Of a stretch of DNA of 64,000 bases, positions 37,866-47,144 are shown piece after piece. Each line of letters begins with the position of its first letter. The first letter of the stretch is position 1. The notes beneath the pieces are model-generated. The model did no database searches. It was given only the letters and a program-made list of their open reading frames with translations, and was not told the DNA's origin. Origin of the DNA: Candidatus Sulfomarinibacteraceae bacterium (GTDB lineage: Bacteria > Acidobacteriota > Thermoanaerobaculia > Thermoanaerobaculales > Sulfomarinibacteraceae); the NCBI GenBank assembly GCA_963796455.1, contig CAWCLO010000003.1, positions 307,574 to 371,573 of the forward strand, read 5' to 3'. The position numbers and the translations under genes were made by a program.

Positions 37866-39377
37866 ATGAAACGAACCCGCTTCATCCCGTTGATCGCCGT
37901 GGCCTTCGTCGTCGCATTGAGCGGCTGCACCGTCGGACCGGATTACGTACAGCCGGAAATCCCCTCGGTTCCGGACACCTGGAACAGCGCCGCCACCGAA
38001 GGTCTTGCCGACGGTCAGTCATCCTTGCAGGCCTGGTGGACGGTCTTTGACGACGAGGTCCTGACATCTCTGATCGAACGCGCACGACTGTCGAATCTGA
38101 CCCTTCGCGAAGCTGTCTGGCGCGTCGAGGAAGCTCGCGCGTTGCGCGGTGTCGTCGCCGGGGTGCAAAAACCCCAGGTCGGTCTGAGCGGCGATGCCAG
38201 CCGCAACGACCCCTCCAACAATGGTGCATTGGGCGCCGTTGCTCCGGAGGGAGGTTTTGAACCCTCAAATCAGTTCGGCCTCGGGGTCGGAGCGACCTGG
38301 GAAATTGATCTCTGGGGCCGCATCCGCCGCCAGGTCGAAGCTGCTGATGCCCAGGTCGACGCCTCGGTGGAGGACTATCGCGATGTCCTGGTGACCCTCT
38401 TTGCCGAAGTTGCCTTCAACTATGTCAACGTGAGGGAACAGCAGGAAAGGCTCCGTCTGGCGAAAGAAAATGTCAGCGGCCAGGAAGACACCCTCGAACT
38501 CACCAACGATCGCTATAGCGCCGGCCTGGTATCGGCACTCGATGTCGCCCAAGCCGAAAGCAATCTGGCCAACACGAGGTCGTTGATCCCCACTCTCGAG
38601 AAGGGCATCGCCCTGGCCTTGAACCGGCTTGCGGTGCTCCTGGCCACCAGCCCCGGATCGCTGGATGACGAGCTGGCTGACAAGGCCGCCATCCCCACCG
38701 AACCGGAAGCCGTAACTACCGGGCTGCCGGCCGATCTGCTGCGCCAACGTCCCGACATCCGTGCGGCCGAGCGCCTGTTGGCTGCCCAGACCGCCCGCAT
38801 CGGGGTCGCCACAGCCGATCTCTATCCCTCTTTTTCCCTCTCCGGTTTCCTGGGGCTGCAATCCACCTCGGCCGGGGACCTCTTCAGTTCGGATAGCGTC
38901 AACTGGTCCATCGGTCTGCCCGTTCGCTGGAAGCTTTTTGCCGGTGGCGCCGTCCGATCACAGATTGCGGCCGAGGAAGCGCGAACCGAACAGCTTCTGG
39001 CAAACTATGAACGGGCAGTGCTCCTCGCCCTCGAAGAGGTGGAGGATGCCATGGTCTCGTATGAAAAAGAGGTGGTTCGAAGGGCCCATCTATTTGATTC
39101 GGTGGATGCGACCCAACGCTCCCTCGATCTGGTCTTGACCCAATACAGGGCGGGTCTGACGAATTTCCAGAACGTCCTCGACACCCAGCGCTCTCTGCTG
39201 CTTCGCCAGGACGATATGGCAGCCAGCGAGGGAATCGTCATCAAAAACCTCGTCGACCTCTACCGTGCCCTCGGTGGCGGCTGGGATCCGGAGACAGCGC
39301 AATCGCCGGCATTACCCGCTCCGTCCATTCCGCCGGGCGAGTCGGCATCGTCGGAATCAGAGGTCGCGACGCGATAG
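37866..39377 (+). CDS. Outer-membrane efflux lipoprotein (NodT/OprM family)
   Basis: LSGCTVGPDY, WEIDLWGR, LLRQRPDIRAAE, LYRALGGGW. Confidence 0.95.
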   Translation: MKRTRFIPLIAVAFVVALSGCTVGPDYVQPEIPSVPDTWNSAATEGLADGQSSLQAWWTVFDDEVLTSLIERARLSNLTLREAVWRVEEARALRGVVAGVQKPQVGLSGDASRNDPSNNGALGAVAPEGGFEPSNQFGLGVGATWEIDLWGRIRRQVEAADAQVDASVEDYRDVLVTLFAEVAFNYVNVREQQERLRLAKENVSGQEDTLELTNDRYSAGLVSALDVAQAESNLANTRSLIPTLEKGIALALNRLAVLLATSPGSLDDELADKAAIPTEPEAVTTGLPADLLRQRPDIRAAERLLAAQTARIGVATADLYPSFSLSGFLGLQSTSAGDLFSSDSVNWSIGLPVRWKLFAGGAVRSQIAAEEARTEQLLANYERAVLLALEEVEDAMVSYEKEVVRRAHLFDSVDATQRSLDLVLTQYRAGLTNFQNVLDTQRSLLLRQDDMAASEGIVIKNLVDLYRALGGGWDPETAQSPALPAPSIPPGESASSESEVATR

Positions 39378-39440
39378 CAGGAGCAACACACAGCCATCCG
39401 ACCCACCACGGGAGCCGGAGCGCACGAACCAGGAGGTGAT

Positions 39441-41369
39441 ATGGCGGTCGGCAACCTGGGAGTATTCGTCGGACCTGATCTCGATCTGTCGGACCAATTG
39501 CGGTGGGCCGTTCGCCTGGCCGAGGCCCGCAATCTGGACATCGTGGTGTTCCAACGGATCGAAGGCAGTGAGCGGCAAACAGTCAACGTGCCCCTGGACG
39601 GATCCGCCGAAGGCGAGGCCGCAGTGGCGGCAGGCGAGGTCTTCCAGGCCATCGAATCCATGCCCATTCTTCGTGCGGGACCTCGACCTGAAACGGCGGA
39701 AGATGAAGCCTTAGATGACGATGACTCGGTCATCCACGTCCAGTTGAAACTGATCCGCTGCGCCAACCTCCCATCTCTCAGGGAGCTGCTCCTGGCCGAG
39801 GTTCGCAAATCCAAACTCAAGCTCTTCACCGTGGTGCGCAAGGACCTCGGGGGCACCGGCAGCGAGATCACCAGGGAGCGTCGTCAGTTCCTCCGACACG
39901 TTCCGTGCGAGGTGGTCCATTGCAGCGGCTTCAACGAGGACAACGATCTATCTCGGATCCTGGTCACCGTCGCTTCGGGGCCCCATGCAGCGTCGGCATT
40001 GAAAATCGGTCGGGATCTCGCTTCTTCGTCCGGCGCCACCTTGACCGCCCTCCGCGTCAACCCTTCAATCGGCCCCGATGCCGAACAGGTCGGCGCCCGG
40101 CGCCTCGACATTCTGATCAAAAAGTCCCTTGGAAAAGACGAGGGCGAAGTTCTTCGGCGAGTGGTGGTGGACGATCAGATCCCCCGCGGTGTTCGCCGGG
40201 TTTGGGATGAGGGGAACTTCGACCTCGTGATCACCGGTGCGTCGCGGGTCGGTATGCTGGGAAGCCGGGTCGAGGGCAGCATCGGCGCCCGGCTTGCCAG
40301 GGATGAATCCGGGCCCACGGTCGCCGTCGTCAGTTCCGCTTCGCCGGTAAGAAATCGATTTCTCGCCGTGCTGGAAGGGGCGATCGAGCGGCTGGTGCCG
40401 CAGATCGATCGCGAGGACAGGGTGGTACTGGTCGAACGGGTGCAGTCGAGTTCCCATTCGAATTTCGACTTTTTTGCCCTGATGGTTCTTTCCACCTGCA
40501 TCGCCGCCATCGGTCTGATTCAGAACTCGGCCGCCGTCGTCATCGGCGCCATGCTGGTAGCTCCCCTCATGACGCCGCTGCTCGGTCTGGGTCTCGCCCT
40601 GGTCCAGGGCAATCCCGTCCTGGCTCGAATCTCCGTACGCTCGGTCGGTTTCGGTGTCGTGGTCGCGCTCCTGGTTGGATTGACGGTCGGTTTCCTGACC
40701 CCCGGCTTCGAAGAACCGACCCGTGAAATGCTCGGACGCGGCGGACCCAGCGTGCTCGATCTTTTTGTCGCCTTCGCCTCCGGGCTGGCCGCCGCCTATG
40801 CCTCCTCGAGGCCCGGTCTCCTCGCCGCACTTCCTGGGGTCGCCATCGCGGCCGCCCTGGTTCCGCCGATCGCCACCTCCGGTCTGGCCCTGTCTCTCGG
40901 TAACCTGGATCTGGCCTTCAATGCCCTTCTGCTCTTTGTCATCAACATGGTCACAATCGTCCTGGCGACCGTGGTCAGCCTCTGGTTTGTCGGTCTGCGC
41001 AATATCAAGAAAACCTCGCGCTGGGCGGTTCGAGTGGGCGGCGCGGTCCTCCTTGCAGTGTTGGCGCTTGGCGTCTATCTGAGTATCAAACCCACTCCGA
41101 TCCCCACCGCGGCAGGTCTCCCGACCGATTTCATGGAAGACATCCAGCGCCGGCTCGGTGACGACTATCGCCTCGAGGGAATCGGGGTCGCGTATGACGA
41201 GCTCGGCGTGCAACTCAATGTTCGGGTCGTCGGTAAAACGTTTGCGCCTGAGAACGTGGCGAACGAAGTCCGTGCGGCAGCGCGCGAACATTTCGACAAA
41301 CCGGTGAGGGTCCGAATGCTCACCCAGGTGGATGCCGAAGCGGAGGCCTTTGGATCCCAGCTCGACTGA
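39441..41369 (+). CDS. DUF389 membrane protein with N-terminal USP-like domains
   Basis: NSAAVVIGAMLVAPLM, LPGVAIAAALVPP; N-terminal RILVTVASGPHA, DLVITGA. Confidence 0.85.
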   Translation: MAVGNLGVFVGPDLDLSDQLRWAVRLAEARNLDIVVFQRIEGSERQTVNVPLDGSAEGEAAVAAGEVFQAIESMPILRAGPRPETAEDEALDDDDSVIHVQLKLIRCANLPSLRELLLAEVRKSKLKLFTVVRKDLGGTGSEITRERRQFLRHVPCEVVHCSGFNEDNDLSRILVTVASGPHAASALKIGRDLASSSGATLTALRVNPSIGPDAEQVGARRLDILIKKSLGKDEGEVLRRVVVDDQIPRGVRRVWDEGNFDLVITGASRVGMLGSRVEGSIGARLARDESGPTVAVVSSASPVRNRFLAVLEGAIERLVPQIDREDRVVLVERVQSSSHSNFDFFALMVLSTCIAAIGLIQNSAAVVIGAMLVAPLMTPLLGLGLALVQGNPVLARISVRSVGFGVVVALLVGLTVGFLTPGFEEPTREMLGRGGPSVLDLFVAFASGLAAAYASSRPGLLAALPGVAIAAALVPPIATSGLALSLGNLDLAFNALLLFVINMVTIVLATVVSLWFVGLRNIKKTSRWAVRVGGAVLLAVLALGVYLSIKPTPIPTAAGLPTDFMEDIQRRLGDDYRLEGIGVAYDELGVQLNVRVVGKTFAPENVANEVRAAAREHFDKPVRVRMLTQVDAEAEAFGSQLD

Positions 41370-41378
41370 GAACAGCAC

Positions 41379-41732
41379 TCACTTCGTCGGGTGCAACAGT
41401 CGCCAGGTCATGGCACGGACCTGATCGAAAACCTTCATCGCTTCACTGGCTCCGTTTCGGCTGATCGCCCCGGCGTGGGCGAGGAGCTGCAAGTGGCTGT
41501 CGACCTCTTTCGCCGAAGCGTATGCGATTCTCCAGTGGTTCAACCGGTCTCTACCGAATCGGCCATGCCCTTCCGCCAGGTTCGCCGGGACTGAACTGGC
41601 CGACCGGATCGCCTGATCGGCTATCGACTTCAGAGGAGCTGGAACCCTCATCACAAGCTTGATCGCGATCCCTGCTGCTTCGAGGGCTTTGGAGTGGGCA
41701 ACGAGGTTGGTGTTCGTGGCGGCGTTGGACAT
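41379..41732 (-). CDS. Four helix bundle protein, copy 3
   Basis: Same motif; ATG 41732. Confidence 0.9.
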   Translation of the reverse strand: MSNAATNTNLVAHSKALEAAGIAIKLVMRVPAPLKSIADQAIRSASSVPANLAEGHGRFGRDRLNHWRIAYASAKEVDSHLQLLAHAGAISRNGASEAMKVFDQVRAMTWRLLHPTK

Positions 41733-41870
41733 GGTCACCTCCGGGTCGTTCATGTCCATTCCCACAAGCCGGTGTGGCGGCCGATGTCAAGGATGCCCTG
41801 CACCCTGCCTGTCCTTGACATCGGCCGCCCACCGGCTACTCCTTCCGTTGAACGACCCGGAGGTGGCCAC
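41731..41870 (-). promoter_or_regulatory. Conserved nested hairpin leader, copy 3
   Basis: 41731-41751 pairs with 41850-41870; identical 48-nt core. Confidence 0.75.
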
Positions 41871-42010
41871 TTCGCCGACTGGACTCCTGATCGCTGCCGC
41901 CGCCGCTGTCCTCTGTCGCTGTTCCCGGTCGCTGGTCACTGTCGCCGCCACTGAACCCTGTCGCTGGACACTGTCGCTGCCGCTGCATTTCGGGCACGGA
42001 CACGGACTCG
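41871..42010 (-). repeat. CAGCGN-rich left arm of element copy 3
   Basis: Minus strand GTCCGTGTCCGTGCCCGAAATGCAGCGGCAGCGACAGTGTCCAGCG matches the left arm of copy 2 (~26827-26872). Confidence 0.75.
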
Positions 42011-42140
42011 GGGCAACGGCGAATCGGAAAGCACCTCCCCAATACGGGGTCGGATGTGTTCTTCCATTTGACAAAAGAACATCACCGGATCATGTTTATT
42101 CTCAAAATCAAAGGCCGGGAGGAGACGATGCGGCACCTCG

Positions 42141-43490
42141 GTGTCGAGCTGGATCGGGTTCGTGTTCACAGTGGCGGCCGGCACGGCCGCCGCACAGGTG
42201 ATCGAGCGGGTCAGCGTCAGCAGTGCCGAGGTCGAGGCAAACGGCGACAGCTTCCTCCCCCTCTATGACGGCGTCAGCGAAGATGGCCGATTCGTGGTCT
42301 TCGAATCCGACGCCACCAATCTTGTACCGGCTGACGGAAACGGTCTGAGGGATGTCTTCGTCCGCGACCGCCTCCTCGGCACCACCACCCGGGTGAGCGA
42401 GGTGCCGGGAGGCGGCGACGCCTCGGGCGAGTCCCGCTATCCCTCGATCAGCGAGGACGGCCGCTGGATCGCGTTCTCCTCGGATGCCCCTGACCTCGTG
42501 ACCGACGATACGAACGCGGCCCAGGATGTGTTCGTGTACGACCGCGAGACCGGACAGATCGTGCGGGTCAGCATGGCCTGGAACGGCAGCGAGGGCAACG
42601 GGAACAGCCGAACACCGTCGATCAGCGGTGACGGTCGTTTTGTCGCGTTTCGTTCCAACGCGACCAACATTGTTTCCGGATCCAGGGACTCGTCGAAGTT
42701 CATTTACGTCTGCGACCTGCAAACCGGGGACAACGAACTCGCGAGCATGACGTGGGACGACGCCGAAGAAAACGGCGGCAGCTGGTACCCCCACATTTCT
42801 GCCAACGGCAGGCACGTTGCCTTTATTTCGAACTCGACGAACCTCGTATCTTTCGATGCAAATGGGGTGAACGACGTCTATATGCGGGATCTCGACCTCG
42901 GTCTGACCTCCATGATCGGCGTCGACATCGACGGTCAAGATGGGAACAGTAACAGCGGAGGATTCGGCATCAGCTCAAATGGGCGTTTTGCCGGGTTTTC
43001 CTCCAATGCCACGGATCTGCTTCCTCCCGGCGAGGATGACAACGCAGTTCAGGACGCGTTCGTCCGCGATTTCGACCTCGGAGTCACCGAGCGTGTGAGT
43101 GTCAACAGCGAGGAGGAGGAGGCCAATGCCGCCAGCGGACCAGCCACGCTCGACGGGACCGGCAGGTACGCGGCGTTCCATTCCGAGGCGACGAATCTCG
43201 TCGCCAGCGACGACAACGTCGCCACCGATATCTTTGGTCACGACCGTGCGACCGGAATCACGACCCTGTTGACGATCACCGCGGCGGGCTTTCAATCCGA
43301 CAACAACATCGTCGACCCGATATTGTCCGGGGACGGATGCATCGTCGCTTTCGACACAGTAGCGACCAACCTGGTACCGGACGACACAAACGGTTACCAG
43401 GACGTTTTTGTCGCCTACGGCCCGGCGACAATTTTCGCCGACGGATTCGAGACCGGCGGGACCTCACGGTTTTCAGTCACTTTCCCATGA
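42141..43490 (+). CDS. TolB-like/PD40 beta-propeller secreted protein with C-terminal IFADGFE motif
   Basis: Repeats SxDGRxVxFxSxATNLV..DxNxxxDVFVxD; ends IFADGFETGGTSRFS. Confidence 0.85.
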   Translation: MSSWIGFVFTVAAGTAAAQVIERVSVSSAEVEANGDSFLPLYDGVSEDGRFVVFESDATNLVPADGNGLRDVFVRDRLLGTTTRVSEVPGGGDASGESRYPSISEDGRWIAFSSDAPDLVTDDTNAAQDVFVYDRETGQIVRVSMAWNGSEGNGNSRTPSISGDGRFVAFRSNATNIVSGSRDSSKFIYVCDLQTGDNELASMTWDDAEENGGSWYPHISANGRHVAFISNSTNLVSFDANGVNDVYMRDLDLGLTSMIGVDIDGQDGNSNSGGFGISSNGRFAGFSSNATDLLPPGEDDNAVQDAFVRDFDLGVTERVSVNSEEEEANAASGPATLDGTGRYAAFHSEATNLVASDDNVATDIFGHDRATGITTLLTITAAGFQSDNNIVDPILSGDGCIVAFDTVATNLVPDDTNGYQDVFVAYGPATIFADGFETGGTSRFSVTFP

Positions 43491-43613
43491 GGGGACCCGG
43501 TCATCAATTGTCCGTCGGCGCGAGGCGTTCGAGCTGCGGCACGATGTTGGCCTCGAGGTGTTCGCCCGATTGGGTGTGGGCCAGGAAGTCGAAATATTGT
43601 CGGAACCATCGGC

Positions 43614-45389
43614 TCATCGGCCTGAACCGCCCTGTTTTTCGACCCCCATCGCTCGACCGCCCCGCCGCCAATCCGCCACTCCCGTCATTGTCCGGCTTTC
43701 CCGATCGAACCAGATACTGTGGGCGGAGCCCTGGCGGCCGCCTCGCCGGGGACTCTCGATCACGGTGTGGCCCTTGGACTGCAGCACCGTGAGAACCTGA
43801 TCCCAAATAAGCCCGTCCATGTGTTCGAGCTCGATCACGTCCGGAAACCACTGGTGATGGATGCGGGGCCCTTGGATAGCCTCGTCCAGCGGGCGGCCGA
43901 AGAAGAGCGTCTGCACGAGGATGGAGGACACGGTGTTGATGATGGTGCGCCCGCCGGGGCTGCCGGTCAGCAGGACGACCTTACCGTCCCGCTTGACGAT
44001 CGTCGGCGCCGTGGAGCTGAGCATTCGTTTGCCCGGGGCGAGGAGGTTCGCGTCCGTTCCGATCTTGCCCTCTCGATTGGTATAGCCGGGGTACCAGTTG
44101 AAGTCGCCCATTTCGTTGTTCAGCAGAAAGCCGGCGCCCCTTACCACCACGCGGGATCCAAAGGGCGACTCGATCGTGTAGGTATTGCTCACGGCCATTC
44201 CGTCGGCATCGAGGACGGCGAAGTGGGTCGTGCTTTCGCTCTCGTAGGGCCCTTCCGAAAAGCGGATATCGCCCGCCAATGATTCGCTGGAGGTCGCTTT
44301 GTCGAGGCTGATCGACCCCGCAAGCTTGGCGATGAACTCGTCTTCGTAGAGTTCGTGGGGAATCTTGACGAAGTCCGGGTCGCCGAGGAAGGCGGCCCTC
44401 TCCCGAAACGCCCGTTTCATCGCCTCGGCCATGAGGTGAACCTGCCCTTCATTCCAGTACTGCTCCGGATCGGGCACAATCCCACGCCGCTCGATCATTC
44501 GCAGAATCAGGAGGACGGTTGTACCGCCCGAACTGGGCGGCGGCGCCCCGAAGACCTCATACCCGTTGATCTCAGCACTGACCGCCGGACGGCTCACCGC
44601 TTCGTACCCGGCAAGGTCTTCCCGGCTGATAAGCCCTTCGCCGTTTTTCATCTCGGCGACGATCTGCCGTGCGATCCGGCCCTCATAGAATGCGTCCGCC
44701 CCCTTTTTGCCGATCAAGAGAAGCGTGGACGCCAGATCTGGAAGAACCAGCATGTCGCCCGACCGCCAGGGACGCCCCTGCGGATGCCCATAGCTTCGAC
44801 GAAGTTCTCGATACCGATCGTCCTCTCGAACGCTGGAACGTGCGAGGACCTCGTTGAGCGATGCCGCCAGGTTTTCGTCCACCGGGAATCCGTTTCGCGC
44901 CAGCTGGACGGCCGGTTCAACGAGCCGCCGCCAGGGCAGGCGGCCATAGGTCCTGTGGGCCAGGAAGAGCCCACGGACGGTGCCGGGCGTTCCGACCGCT
45001 CGGTGATGGTAGCGGTTCGGGTTGGCGACGAACATGTTTTTCGTAGCACCCGCCGGAGCTGTTTCGCGGTAGTCGACACACACGACGTCGCCATCCGGTG
45101 GGGCGACCATCATGAATCCGCCGCCGCCGATGTTACCCGCCTCCGGCCACGTCACCGCCAGGGCGAAGGCCACTGCCACGGCCGCGTCGACCGCGTTGCC
45201 GCCCTGGGCCAGGATGTCTCGACCAATTCGGGTTGCTTCGGCCGTCTCCGAGACGACCATGCCCATGGTGCTGGTTGCAACATCGACACGAAGCTGCGAC
45301 GTGTCCACATCGCCAATCGCCGCCGTGCACAAGCCCGCGAAGAGCAGCGAGAGCAACGCGAAAGTCCTGAGACGTACCTTCATGATCAT
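43614..45389 (-). CDS. ggt: Gamma-glutamyltransferase
   Basis: GGNAVDAA, GNIGGGGF, YRETAP, TTHF nucleophile, LNNEMGDF, GSPGG. Confidence 0.95.
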   Translation of the reverse strand: MIMKVRLRTFALLSLLFAGLCTAAIGDVDTSQLRVDVATSTMGMVVSETAEATRIGRDILAQGGNAVDAAVAVAFALAVTWPEAGNIGGGGFMMVAPPDGDVVCVDYRETAPAGATKNMFVANPNRYHHRAVGTPGTVRGLFLAHRTYGRLPWRRLVEPAVQLARNGFPVDENLAASLNEVLARSSVREDDRYRELRRSYGHPQGRPWRSGDMLVLPDLASTLLLIGKKGADAFYEGRIARQIVAEMKNGEGLISREDLAGYEAVSRPAVSAEINGYEVFGAPPPSSGGTTVLLILRMIERRGIVPDPEQYWNEGQVHLMAEAMKRAFRERAAFLGDPDFVKIPHELYEDEFIAKLAGSISLDKATSSESLAGDIRFSEGPYESESTTHFAVLDADGMAVSNTYTIESPFGSRVVVRGAGFLLNNEMGDFNWYPGYTNREGKIGTDANLLAPGKRMLSSTAPTIVKRDGKVVLLTGSPGGRTIINTVSSILVQTLFFGRPLDEAIQGPRIHHQWFPDVIELEHMDGLIWDQVLTVLQSKGHTVIESPRRGGRQGSAHSIWFDRESRTMTGVADWRRGGRAMGVEKQGGSGR

Positions 45390-45548
45390 GGGCTCCCCGC
45401 TATGCGACCACAACGTTTTGAAGGGCCTGGAAAGGAGCTTACAGCATGTTGATCGGCCTCGGCGGGTGACACGTCCGCGTGATACAGAGCGCTCCTGATC
45501 AGCTCGGTTTCAAGTGGTCACCTTGACGCTTGTTGCGATCTTGAGATG

Positions 45549-45908
45549 TCAGGCGCCCGGTTCTTCGTCGAGCGCCAAGAAATACGACCGATCGGAAATG
45601 AAGTGCACACCACGCAACGACGGGTCTTGAAGGAACTCCCCCTCGTCGCCGGCGGTGGGCTCGCTCCACGTGTCGACCTGGAGCTGAACCAACCACCCCG
45701 AGATCTCCGGTTCAATCGTGACGATTTCCGCGAGAACTTCTTCGACAGAGGACACCGCTTCTGCAAAGCTCGACCCCGTCACACCGAAGAGCTGGTAATA
45801 CCCATTCGCCACCCCCGAGGAATGCTCGCCCTCTTCCTCGAACTCCTGCAACCCATCGAGCGCCATCTCGATTTCAACACGGAAAAAACCCAGTTCGTCT
45901 TCAACCAC
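45549..45908 (-). CDS. Small acidic hypothetical protein
   Basis: GGAGG RBS before GTG 45908; coding-like composition. Confidence 0.55.
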   Translation of the reverse strand: MVEDELGFFRVEIEMALDGLQEFEEEGEHSSGVANGYYQLFGVTGSSFAEAVSSVEEVLAEIVTIEPEISGWLVQLQVDTWSEPTAGDEGEFLQDPSLRGVHFISDRSYFLALDEEPGA

Positions 45909-46124
45909 GTCACCTCCAGAACACGAAGATCCCTCGCGATTCTATCGCGACACATCCGGGTGCCACGTACACACTTCCCGACTTTTTGGGGGGTGGGCCC
46001 GCCAAGCGTCCGCACGGGAGGACGCCTCGCCCGCGCCGGAGGACGCTCGGACCGGAACCAGGCCCGGTCCTGCTGCTCGATAGGGGCAAGAGCCCCGGCA
46101 CGGTTCTTGCTCCTTCGCCTGAGC

Positions 46125-47066
46125 ATGATGAAGAAGCAATCCCACGTGTGCACCGCAGTTCTCCTCCTCGCGCTCGTCAGTACCGCCGGCCCCATCCATG
46201 CGATGGAGGGTCGAGCGTGGGGCGACATCCACGTCCAGACTCTGGACGGCGCGACCTATGATTTTCAGGCCGCGGGCGAGTTCATCGCGAGCCGCTCGGC
46301 GGCCGGAGATCTCGAGGTCCAGCTCCGTCTCGAGTCGACGGGCTTCTCGAGCTATGTGTCGATCGTCACCGCGGTGGCCGTGCAGGTCGACTCGAGTCGA
46401 GCCTCAGTGGCCCTGGGACGAGATCCCATGCTCTTCGTCGAAGGGCAGTCGGTGACGCTCGAGCCCGGCGAAGGCCTCGATCTTCCGGGCGGTGGCCGCA
46501 TCGAACGCCTGGCGAAAAGCTACGAGATTATCTGGAGCGACGGCTCGAATCTATCCGTCAACGTCGCCAAAAGGCACCTCAACGCCTTTCTGCGGCCTGC
46601 CTTGACCCGGAAAGGCACCTTGACGGGCCTCTTCGGCAACTTCAACGGCAACTCCATGGACGACATCGATGCCGTGACGGCCATGGCCACCCTCGGTTCG
46701 GGCAATGGGTCAGGGTTGCAGCCTCAACTCACGGAGCTGGCACGGGCCCTGTTTCTCGACGAGGATGACGATCGGCTCGTGGCTCAGGACACGTCTCTTT
46801 TCGAGTACAAGCCGGGGCAGAGCACCAAAACCTTTCGTCGGCCGGCGCCACAACGTGAAGCCAGCGTGGCCGGCCTTCCCTCCAGCTGGCGGCGACAGGC
46901 GCAGGCGGCGTGCGAGGAAGCCGGTGTCACCGATCCTGATCTGCTGGACGCCTGCATTGTCGATGTCGGCTACACGCGGGACGAGGGCTTCGCCGAAACC
47001 GCCCTGGCCGTCCAGGCACGGAACCACTCCAACTGGGAGACCGAGCTGGATAAGCGCTCCCCGTAG
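46125..47066 (+). CDS. Secreted von Willebrand factor type D domain protein
   Basis: Signal peptide; WGDIHVQTLDGATYDFQAAGEF, GLFGNFNGNSMDD, C-terminal AC...ACIVDVG. Confidence 0.85.
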   Translation: MMKKQSHVCTAVLLLALVSTAGPIHAMEGRAWGDIHVQTLDGATYDFQAAGEFIASRSAAGDLEVQLRLESTGFSSYVSIVTAVAVQVDSSRASVALGRDPMLFVEGQSVTLEPGEGLDLPGGGRIERLAKSYEIIWSDGSNLSVNVAKRHLNAFLRPALTRKGTLTGLFGNFNGNSMDDIDAVTAMATLGSGNGSGLQPQLTELARALFLDEDDDRLVAQDTSLFEYKPGQSTKTFRRPAPQREASVAGLPSSWRRQAQAACEEAGVTDPDLLDACIVDVGYTRDEGFAETALAVQARNHSNWETELDKRSP

Positions 47067-47144
47067 CTGACCTGTCAGGGTGCCACAAGCATAATCGTGC
47101 CACCCAGCATGACCGTCAGAATCATCTGACCTGGCGCGGATGCG

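Noticed and set aside
22618..41732. Diversity-generating retroelement (Avd-like genes)
   Set aside because: No reverse transcriptase or TR/VR pair seen; differences between copies are spread over the genes rather than confined to a variable repeat
45546..46124. N-terminal extension of the VWD ORF
   Set aside because: Overlaps a minus-strand gene with a good RBS; the signal peptide begins at 46125
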